From the NCBI GenBank assembly GCA_965285935.1, contig OZ260667.1:32054001-32118000 (forward strand): a stretch of 64,000 nucleotides of DNA, written 5' to 3'. A model generated the notes under the pieces. It had not been told where the DNA came from. It worked only from the letters and a program-made list of their open reading frames with translations, and made no database searches. A program made the translations under genes and the position numbers. This stretch comes from Ophelia neglecta (lineage: Eukaryota). This document shows positions 28,101-40,100 of the stretch, piece by piece. Position 1 is the first letter of the stretch, and each line of letters begins with the position of its first letter.

Positions 28101-31100
28101 CAGTTTGCTTGTATTTTCATGCAGGAACGTGTTTAAAAGACGGACAGTATATTTTTTGCCAGGCTTTTGTGGTCGGAGCGAGAGGGTTCCATATTGTCAT
28201 TGTATCTGTGGCCTGAACATTTGCTTGCGTAAGATAAACTTTAAAAAGAGGGGGCTGCTCGAACTGAAATACATAGAAGAATTCTCACTTCAATTTCTTA
28301 TTTGCAAAGCTTAAACCAACAGCCAATTCGGCCTATATGGAGTTACAGAACAAACAGGGCAAAAGGAAAGCGTTGTATGCTAGTTTAATAATACATATAT
28401 ATGCACAGTGCTTTGATATTTGTCAATTTATAAAACGCTAAACCACAGTTGTCTACTGGTTTCATTATGGCGATAAACTCACACTCATTATAATCACTAA
28501 GAATTACACTCAATACAATCTCTACACAAGCTTCAATTCAGACATGGCGGGTTTGGAAAATCAAAATATCTATATACACATTATAAGTTTGATTCATTTT
28601 CATAAGGCAAAAACAAGACAAAGCATCTCCACGAATTAACATGGAGGGATTTGATTTTAAACAGGGCATGTGCGCGAAAAGTGGTAGAATCACACCCAAA
28701 ATACGAATTGTGAAAAGATTACGAAATAACAACCATATCAGCACGCATAATAAATGTAATACCATAGTAGTATGAAATATCACGAGGAATAATCACATTG
28801 CTTGCTACACTCTTATGAATGCTAAATACACGTGTGGTTAGGCGAAACACTGGCACAAGAGAAGTTTTCTAGCAACCGTAAGCGGCCGCAGAGAAAATTT
28901 CTTAACCAAACTGTTCAGTGCTAGTCAATACCACACAATGCTATAAATTGTGGCCTTGATCTATAGATAATTCACAGAAAGGCTCAGTGGATGAGTGGAG
29001 ATGGGAGTATACTGGCATGTTTTATATTCGTTCAAGGAATGCCCGCATGACAAAAAAATGGCAGGGGGTCGGACTGATGTGCCAAACATACGAATATTTG
29101 TGGATTGCTTTAAATTAAATACTCTGGAAGTTGTAAAACCAAAACGTGAATATAGAGGAGAAAAATGAACAAATCACGTGTGAACGGTTAGTAGTTTCAA
29201 ATAAAGTCTCGTGGAAAAACACGAGAAAACGAATGGGGGGAAGAGATTGGGGTATAGAGCGTCTCACAATGGATATAGACACACATCGAATCGTAGAGCA
29301 GAAAGTTTAGCCGGATTATGCTCATAATGTCACGTCTATATATAAACAAGGATTGGATGAGTTCTCGGGCTTTTAATTTTGAAAACAAAGAAGGTATATA
29401 TAATTGATTTGAAAAGCTCAAAAAGTAAATCAACTGGTCGAAAGTTTGAGCAGAGCCCAAAATAAGAGATGCAAGCATCAAACCAAACCACTACAAATAG
29501 TTAACTAAATATATCTATAAAGACAGAGCACAGAAACACAAGCTAACAAACGAGAGCTTGAGGATAAAGTACCACGTATCGATGACGAAATGATGATGTA
29601 AGCAACATGGCGGGCTGTTGCATTATTGGATGCGTGAACCATTGGGCTGGAGTAGGGCCGAACCCAATTTGTCTTTATAGTATCTCCTTCTTTGGATTCA
29701 AGTTCCGGTCATAGGACAATATGGCGGCTAGCGCCAGCACAGCGGACAGTTCGTTTCACAGCACGTGGCTACATAGTAGCGAACTGTGAGTGGAACAGTT
29801 CCGTTCGGTCTGACGGACCTGTTAGACGCTATTCGTATCATCTACGAACAAAAAGACAAAAACAATCACATGAAGATATTCTGTCAGGTTTACATCTCTG
29901 GGGGAGTGGGGGTTCGTTTTTGAAACTTTGGCCGACAAATTATTTGTGATTGTGCTACTTTTCATTTTATTGGCTAGCACAGAAACAAGTTTTTCATTCA
30001 ATACAAAAAACTCAATGCGACATCAAATCTTTTTATTCATTCGCGGTCACACTGATCGTATATTTTACTCGGGGTATCAATTTCGATCTAGAATATTCTA
30101 TTGTTCTAAACTTCCTTTTAAGATAAAACTTCCGTTATTGAACCATCGTTGTTTTGGCTTGCTAGGTTAATGACCTTTATGATCAATTGGGCCTCCGTTG
30201 ACTCTGCTTAGGACCGGACAAAAAGGAAACAGGGATGTTTATGGAGACTGAAATGAACTGTATCGGTTTGGGCTGGCAACGAAAAGACCCCAAAATAATG
30301 TTGACAATATTAGCGCAGAGAGTGTAGGGTGGATGGGAGTGACTTACCCGGCGATTTGAGCTCCGAGGTACCCAGGTATCCCAGCCTTGAGCGCGAAGGG
30401 AAACGCTGCAATAAAGAAACAGGAAATTTACAAATGAGTCCCACACTTGAAGAGGTTTGTAAACAAGAATGGTGGTTAGTGTATTGACTGATAGCCGTGG
30501 CAGACATCTGATCCCAACCTGTACATCGATCTTTTCACTGGTTTCCGGACTGCATCGCCCAGGAGCTCTACACTGCTCTAGACAAGTTATAGATATGTGT
30601 ACACAGCGATATGTGTATTGACACCGACTTATCGCTATTGATATAAAACCCATCTTAAGATACCTGTTTAAAAGATTGTGGTATTCGCCTTAATACGTGA
30701 ACAATTTAATGCTTATGGAAATAAGTATAAACACACAGACTAATTATTGAGTAGGTCTATTAGATTAAGCTTACACAATAATTAATGAATTTATTTACTG
30801 ACTTTAAAATATTCTTTAGGCACTAAATTGTTCAAAAAATGATAATGAAAAAGCGTGTATCATGAATTCCTAAATGTGCATCACAACCTTCCAACAATAC
30901 CCTAACATAGACATATTCATTTTATTCCTTTGCCCAATGCGTTACACTTAAAGTATTCGCTTATATAGGCTAAATTTACCAAAACTACGCGGCAAACACC
31001 CGCGGTGTCGATAGTTATGTCGATATTTCTTTGATTGAGGGATCAAAGTAAATGATTCCGGGTGGGGGTCACACGTGTTGGCCATAATCGAGCTGGATGG

Positions 31101-34100
31101 TCAGTTCTAATGACAGGGTTATCTCTGGTTGGTCCGCCGTATTGGCATCTTCATCCGGGCATGTGGAAATCTTGGATCGTTGCCATCCAAGAAAAGAATC
31201 CAATCAAACGGGTGACCCGTATGTTGACCCGGGAAAGATACCTATGATCTTGAGATTTGCTCTCGATCCACCAGAACCCAACTTCTCTGGTGGTGTATGA
31301 CTCAGTTTGCCTTAGCTGCTGAGTTAATATGAATTTTATGGCCTCAAATGATAAGCTTTTCCTCTAGCACTACTGGGCCGGGCTGCTGGGTGTCTTTCTG
31401 ATTGCCGCGGAATGCAAACAAACCCATTGCTATTGGTTTAACATTTCTTCTCGCCTTAGCTCGAGGTTTACATCTGGCGTTGTGCTGGTAATCGGACTCC
31501 CGTAACCCGTTTACCGGACATCTTCTCGCGCATTTCCCGCAGGCCAAAGCAGTGAATGCCAAGCAGCCACATGGTTGGTGCTTAAAATCGCGTGATATAC
31601 CTCGACAGAGAGATTGCGTGATCCTCCATCACATCAAAATACAGACTCGTCTGTAATCTAACAAGTTTTAATGCCGGCAGTGATTAAAATTGAATGACAT
31701 GGCTCGTGGGACGGCTCGTTTCTCACACATTTCAGATGACATTAATGAGATTTTAATATCCGCCGGCGGATTGAGACGGTGGACACCGCGTCAGTTACCC
31801 CGCAGCCCACTCAATCTGTTCCTCCAGACGGTTTCTAGAAGAGTGCATGGCCCGCCCAGAGGGGGGTCTGGGAGAATGCTCCCTTCCCACCCGCTCACCA
31901 AAATGACGGCCCTCCTTGTCTATGCCATAGATCCGCCTGAGAGATGCCAGTCGACGGATTTATGTACCGCTGTAATTTCTAGTCAGCCGACAAATGCGTA
32001 TTGATTAGCTAGATTATAAGTTTGAGAAAGCTATGTGTTTTTTCTCGGGACATTAGTCTTTATATCCCACAGAATAACCATAAACATACCAATATCGTTG
32101 TAAAAATTTGCTACACCAGCCCACGGTATACCCCCCCCCCCCCCAACCTCAGACAATGGAGAGAAAACTGAGAACCATGCCAAAGCCATTCCCCTAAAAA
32201 CGCGGGAACTGACTTCTTTAAACACTCAGAAATACCGTTAAATTGCGTATTTAATGCCCCTTCGATTCGCATCAAGCACTTGTGTTCTTAGGCTGTTGAA
32301 CATTGTCTTGTTTGACATTTACAACTCAGTTAAGTCGGCCGACTATAAACACGCCCCAGTATAGTGGAGTGGAGGCCGGCCTATATGGTACACACGATAT
32401 TTTCATTTACGTTCATTGACCAACAAACACTGCTGAGGTACATATCAGTCACGGCTTGAAAAAGTCAAGTGTTTAGGTCAGCTGTGTGTCTATATAGTTT
32501 GGAATTAAAGCACAAAGCTCATGAGGCCATTTGGTGTATTTATTAGGCAATATTATAGTCAATCGTTTGAACATTTTCAACAAAGATCCTTTCTTTTCAT
32601 AAAAACTTTGTACGCCGGTGGCTTTCGGTTCTTTAACGTGCAGCCTTAGTAAGTCCAAGGAAGTTCTTTCGAACTAAAACAAATAAAACAGCGGCGTTTA
32701 AAGTGTTTTTAAACCCCTTGAGCCAAGCCGAGAGAGGGCTTAAGAGCGTTCGATGAACATTCAACATGTCGACCAGATTTCACAAAGACATTAGACATCG
32801 GGTAACGTACAAGGATGCGAGTTTATCTTGTTAAGAAGATAGGCCTAATGCAGCAGCTCTTCAGGAAAAGATTAGTTGAAGACTTTAGCATACTGTTATA
32901 ATTAATATAGTAGCTTGAAAAGTTCAGTTCAAATGCTAGTTCAAATAATTAACAACAAATAGCCTCTTGTATATGTGTAGTAATGTGACCTTCCAATTCC
33001 AATTTTATATGACAAACAGGTCCAAATAGAAGATGATTACATTATAATAATTCACATACATATCTAATTCGGTGAACTGCAGTTTCCCATGATGCTATGC
33101 GTACTGTGAACGAAGCAGAGACAATTGTCGTTCTCAGATCATAACTTCATCAATAATTAATATCAGGCTGGTGTTTAAACGATTATAATTCACATATTGC
33201 AGGCCGTGCAAAGAGGCATCCAAGATACAAAATAATTCATTCCGTATGGACCTATTCTTTTTTGCACACGTCATTCATCTGTCTGCTTTTGAATATATAT
33301 TAAACAGTAAAGGTTTATTTTCCTGTTAAATTGTAGTAAGAATAGGCAGGCTCGCATCGATTTAATGTGCCAATTGGTGACCATGTGTTACGTCCATATT
33401 GCAGGATTGAAACTGAGAAGGTGGGGGTACGATACCACGGGGTGGAGTCTGTGGTCTGCCAGGCAACAAAGCTTAGTGGGACATGTGGGGAGAGCAGGAC
33501 TCCTTTTTAAATACTTTCAGTGGTGGATATGGTTACCATGCCCTGACAATCACTCCCACCATGTAATTCCGATTCCTGGGGGTCTCAGGTACCTAAATAT
33601 TCACATCTTCACAGATTTGGAAGTTCGAGGTCTTCGAGTTTACCCCCATATATGCCTATCTGTCATATTGGGTGATACTCGTAATAAAAGTTTCAAAAGG
33701 CGGTAATTTTTGCCGTTTTTCTTGGCAGAAAGCTGGCTGTTGCCATTCATGGCATACACAACCCTTCTGGCGTCTAGAATAAAGGTTTAATAATTGGTAT
33801 GGCGATTGGGGCTATAATGTCACCGTCACGTAACTAGCAACCATGTCTTGTCTTCAATACAGAAAACAATACATGCTATTCTATAAAAACGCGGTTCAAA
33901 GAGCAAAGCCTTCACAAAAGTGCAAAGTCATTAAACAAAATATGCTTCAAGATTCTGGTAGGATTAACACTGATAATGATGTCATTAATTATTCTTGTTA
34001 AATGAAAGTTAAATGTGTGATCCGTGTAGGCCTACTCATATATATTTGCCCCATATAAAGTTAAATTTAAGACCCTATTCAATTCGTTTCACTTATATAG

Positions 34101-37100
34101 ATAACTCATTTCAAGGCTTGAAATATAGCCGTTTGTTAATAGATACATCTGGCCTCTCTTAGTATACCTAGATTCTAAGATTTATGTTAACTGCTTAGCT
34201 TCAACCAAGTGGTATATTACAGATTGTTGAATTCTCCCCACTGGCTCGGGACCATAAGGGGCTGCCGAAGGAAAAAAAATCTATAAATACCAGGTCAATG
34301 ACTTTCGACAGTTTCCGTCATTGCTGGGCATTAAACCGCTATCAAATGTGCAAGCATTGAAAAGAACCTAAAACTTGTTTTGAAAAGCAAACATACATAA
34401 CAAAACTAAAGAGTGGTGTAGCGGCTTGAGTTTTTTAATACGCCGGTGGGGGTTCTTTGTCATTATGAATGCATGTTTACACTTCTAGGTATAGAGGTAC
34501 CTCAAATGTAAGGACGGCGTGCAGACTTCAATACAAACAGCTCCCCAGTCTATACACTCTCCCCCCATATGCATAATCAGATAATCACCGGCTTATCTCA
34601 CGTTGGTAGATAATTAGCCCATAGACCGCCCTTAACCACAAAGCACCTACAGTTAAATGAAAATTTAAAGTTTGCTAAAAATAATAACGCAACTAAATAT
34701 TTTACCTGATTACCTAAAGAAATTAACGTTTTAATCGGTTTTTTCTTGGTTTAATAAATTTGTCATTGGTTTTACATAATCACTCGTGGTGATTCAAGGA
34801 TCTCAGCAACCATAAACATAATGAAAGAGTGAGAACTTTGATGCCCACAATCAACAATAAGTGATCATTTATGGATGGTTATTTCAATTGAAAACGGTTA
34901 TGGAATATTCATGGTGCATGCTGTTAAAATCGTAACACCTGTGGTTTTGGCTGCATGTGGTACCTGGATATTCATTTATCATATATCATAGGTAGTTTGT
35001 AGGAGTCTGTATAGGTATGTTTACACGGCTTATCGTCTGCTCTATGATATTGACTCAGTTGTGGCTGCCTATTCAATTTGAAATTAAGATAATTGATTGG
35101 GTCCTCGAGACTTGGTCATTCACCCAACTGGCTTATGTTATAGTCTGCAAAAGAACTGAACAGTTCGAAGTCTGCATATTTAGGAGCAGTTCATTTCGAT
35201 TCTCCTGTAAGTTTGAGAGACCCAGACTGTCAAACTCTCCTATACTGAACAATAATCATAAAGACTGCTTAACATCAGACAGGAACACGTCAGACCCTGG
35301 TCAGACCGAGTGTTTGGGACCAGTTCAATTGGGTACATTATGTTTAACCTCTTCAAGTTTAAGAGGCCCAGACATTCAAAGTCTACAATCGCACTAAATC
35401 ACGTTGATTTGCGTAAAATTTCACATGTTATAGATTTTGAAATCATGACACGTACACGTCAGCACATACATGTAAGCTTATCTGCAAATGTACATATATG
35501 TATGCAAATTGGGCAACATATGATACCTATTATTGCCTCATGAAAATCAATAGTTAATCGGCTCTTGCCATTTTTTCCATAATTCAAAGGTGACAAACTT
35601 GGTTTTTCCCTTTAAGTTGATTGTTCCAGTTTCTTAAATCGTGTGTTACTGATTAGTTTTGTTGTTGCCTTTATCAAATGAAAGTCTGGTCGTTAACACA
35701 TTTATACCCCTGTAGCCGGTTTACTTGGTTCTACGTCACAAAAACTAAAGTACAGGTCATTAATACAGCTTTGGAAAACTAAAGCTTTCTTACTTTGGTC
35801 TACAGAAAACTCCTTCGTTCAATTCAACACTTATATTCCATAAACGTGTATATACATCTATATAGATACATGAAATAAAAACCTTAAGCTGAACCGCGTT
35901 GCAAATAAATCAGCCCAAAATATATGCCATCTAGTTGAGATTTGAAAGTTCCTGCAGACGGTCAGTTTTACATGACGACTGAAGCGCTAAACCTAGCGCT
36001 AAACCAAGGCAATTCATTGCTGGTTGGCTTTCTAAAATGGAGAGTTCTATATTGTTTCCAGTCGAGCAAAGGACAACAATTTCTTTTTGTATATTTTATG
36101 ATCATTCATATTACGATGATACCCTGTGGTTACTTGACAACCTTTAATTGAAAAATATCACGGTTGACAGCTCCCACATACTCAATTATTGAATACAATT
36201 TGAAAATAATGCGTTATTCCAAAAAGATACTACTATAGCTTTTAGCTGCCAGCAACTCAAAAGGCTTTCAGAGTCTTCCTCGAAATTTGACATATTTGGT
36301 TCAATTTTCTCCATGCGCCGAAGCCATAGTTTAGAAATGTTTGCTTAGTGCAAATCGATGTAAACAAAAGCTCATAAAAGGCGGGCGCAGCAGGCGAAGT
36401 TTTATATTGGAACTCTCCTCAAGCTGTGAAACGGTATAGCCTAGTAGGAGATATTCCTTGTCGTACAGAATTGTGCCGCAAAAAAAGGCTGTCGTCATGA
36501 CATGTCTACTGCATTATCGGTAAGTGATCATGAATATCTACAGCAGCAATTCCCGGCGTCAGTGGATTTTTTAAAACTTCGATCACTAGTGCCTCTTGGT
36601 TTAAGGAGGAAAGCACTCGAGAACATCCCGATAGGACGTGGGACATGTCCGGTATACTATGATGGCTATATCAGACTGATAGATCAAATGAAATGGAAGG
36701 CTGAGATGCAATATATTATGAATACAAATAGGCCCTATATAGCAAACAGAAGAATGCGCATTTTGCAAGGAAAATAAAAATGAATTTAGCTTGATATTAT
36801 TTACATCTGACTGTTTGTCTTCATAACAATGATTAGTTACATCGTGGACTTAAACGAATGGACAGGAATTGGGCCTATACAATTACTAAAAGTAACGGTT
36901 AATTTATCTCAACTATATATGTTCAATCGAGCCCATAACATTACCCGCATGACTGATGAAAGTAGTATAATAAGGCCCCCTATGAATACTATATCCCAGC
37001 ATGCCAAGAAATTTAATTTACAAACCGGACTCACCCGCCTGAATTCGGGGCTTGGCCCCCAAATAGGCTAGGTTAACATTGGCTTTCCTCCCGTCTATGA

Positions 37101-40100
37101 TAGGGTTAGGGTCCTTACACGCCCGCTCAGCGGCAGCACGGTCACTCATCGTCACCTTAAAAGAAGGAAATGTTTTTACATAAAATGTGAAAGGCTTTAA
37201 AGTGTTTTTACGAATGCATTGTGAAAGTTTGGCTTAATGTTTCTAGACTTAAACTTACTTAGCTATGCCTTAGTTCTGGGCAAAGGGCGATTCATACTAA
37301 GCTTGGCGGATAAAAAGTTGTTTCTTTAGATTTTTTTGACGTTTGTATCATTGAGGTATAAAATGTTAAATGGCTGAGTATGGTTGGCTTTAATTTCAGA
37401 ACTTTACGGCTTATTAATTGTTGCAATCTCGCAATGTTCAGCTCTATGAGGCTATGTTTGGTTTGTGCCAGAGGATATCCATCATGCTGTTGGTTGACTG
37501 GTCTATTCAGTGAAAACTGTGGTTCGCGGCAAGCAAAGCGGCTGCCTTGGGTAAATGTTTACAACCAATTGTTTACACCAGGATACACAACACGTAATAG
37601 TCTCCCCGATGCCTCCTTGCCATTTCATTCTGTACCCTCCGATCACAGGGGATATACAGCCCCATTTCTATCTAGTGGCCTATTTATCGTTGGCCTCCCT
37701 GTGCACATCCATGGCAAGTGCACAGAAGACACAATCGAAAGGCGAAACTGATGGCGGAAGTTGGATACAGCGTCCATTTGCATACCTGTTACACCAGTTA
37801 AGAAATAATCGCCCCTCAAAATCGACACTAATCGAATGCCGCGGTAATTATTTTCGGTCTAATGGCAATAAAGTAAAATAAAGAGCTTCACCACAGCTTC
37901 TGAACTGGCGTGTTATGATTGGGCGCATGGTGCTTGCCATTTCGCAATGCACCCTGGGGAATTTGGACGCGGTGTGTGACACTTCCCCTAGGACATTAAA
38001 CCGTCTGTTTTCTGTCAAACAGCGTGAAAATTGATTTCCCCAGAAATTAGGAATGCCTGTCAACAGGTCTTTTAATCAGTCGTTATTTAAAAACCCACAT
38101 GGCATGCAGCATTGCCACAATATCAAATTCCTCAACATGACCCCAACAAAATTGCATGGGGTTTGGTTCAGACTGAGCACCCCGTGAATAGCTGCATATC
38201 ATTCGGAAAATCAAATCGAATCTGTCCTTTAGACAAAGACTATGCAAGGGTTTCCCATAGATTCCTAGAGTAAGATTCCCAGAATCCCAGCAGGGCCTTG
38301 GCCAAACATACCAAAATGAGAAGACCTGATAGTAAAGATGTGGGATAAACAGAGATATAAACCGTAGATGGCGTGTAGGTAGGCCAAACAGTAATGTACG
38401 ATGATAACCCATTGACCAAACACACCCCGAGGCCTTGGTCCTTGGTCCTGCAATACTCATGAGTTAATGCAGTCAATCATGAGTACTCGTTGGCATCGCA
38501 AAGGCCATGGAGAATCTCAAGTACACAACATTACTAAACTATACCAGCCACCTATATTCTGTCGACCTAATAGACCCTTTGTGGATAATACCGTCTAAAT
38601 TGCTCTAGCCTATGCAAGAGGTCAACAACAAATAGAAAACTCCTGATTTGTGACTCAGCCCTCTCCTATTGCTGACAAACTACACAGCAATACTATTATT
38701 TTCTTCCAAAATCATTGTAAGCTATTCATGATAAGATGGATACTATTAGAGATAGGGTCTGGCATCTTTGTGTAATCACAACATCGAAAATAGGCTTCTT
38801 GTAGAAATCAGCTGGAGATATGTGCTCTCATACGACCATGAAGACGATGTTAGTAGACTATATTTCAAGATTGTGTTACATTGAAAAATGGGGCAAGTTT
38901 TCACTTCCGGCCGTTCACCCAACGAGGCTTGCCAGAGATTGTAACAAAGGACCATATGGTCCAGGCAGGAGGATGTTCTGGTGATGATACCACACGTCAT
39001 GACCTCGTATTTCGCCCTCCGGAGCCAACCATAACAAACCGAGCCCGCTCTCACTCACACATGTGCATGGCTGCGAGGTAACGGGGATCTGGGATCGTGC
39101 TGTCGTCGGAAACATCGCGAAACAAAGAACGTCTAGGGAAGGGGAGAGGCAGGGGAGAGTGAGACAGTAACGGATGCCGGACTAGAATTCTTAATGACGT
39201 TCTTGATAGTCATTTTAAAACTGTTTAAAGTTCACTCTGAGCAAATGTATCACAATTGAAATGTGTGCTGGCAAGGCTTATGGAAGCTTAAAGCAAATAC
39301 GAAATTGGAAAGGGGTTGTCATGTACGGCTTAGAAATTTTGATAAGTTAATTTGTTAATTCCACCAGCAAAGCTAACAAACCGCCAAACAAACTACGGTG
39401 TGTTTGTTTAGTGTTCTCGGGAAACCCAACATTGTCATTTCTATTCCCGGGGCACTCGGCTCTGTGCATCTGGCAATCCTGTAGATGACACGATATGTCA
39501 AACAGCAGCAAACAGCGATATAATACAGGGTGTCTGGGGCCGCGATCTCCGGCACAGCAGACCCTGTCTTCTAAGTAATCAATGTCAGTTTGCTTGTCAA
39601 CAGATAGTGAGATCTGGACGAAATCAGACGAGATTAGAAAGGGACACTGCTGGCAAGGAACACTAGGAGTGGGACACCGGATATCGGCTACAGTCAATCC
39701 TGACCCGCTGCGCGTGCGCGGCCGGAAGGCCGTCTTCGGATTGAAAAAGCGAGCTTTACGCTCAAATTTCCGAATGAGTCAGGCGTTGGCTTTTGTCTTT
39801 TGACTGAGTCGATTAGAACCTCCGAGCAAAAACTAGACAAAACAGCACACAGGTCTGGCTTTGCCGAGATTAGACTGTTGATGGTAAGATTAAGGCGGCT
39901 GTTCGGTGGCTGGGTGAGGCAGTTAAGGCATTTTCGGCACCTTCTTCTTGCAGGGATTGAATCGTTCAATGCAGGAACTTATCAAAACTGCACAGTTCAA
40001 GGTCGCCCTGGCGTTGAAATTTCAAGTCTGTGAGAAACATATTTCCTGTCGCCACTCGGACAGCCGCATAGAAACATTGCGCATGCTGAGTGCTCGGTGT

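Noticed and set aside
31344-31562. Possible duplicated/mutually exclusive RRM exon 2 ([12 protein letters not shown])
   Set aside because: Only superficial similarity, with no splice sites in the right phase. The true exon 2 is at 37035-37155 and no exon array was found.
36495-36780. Additional THAP-like relic (LRRKALENI); similar weak cases at 47770-47970 and 61080-61220
   Set aside because: Too few ordered motifs to separate from chance.
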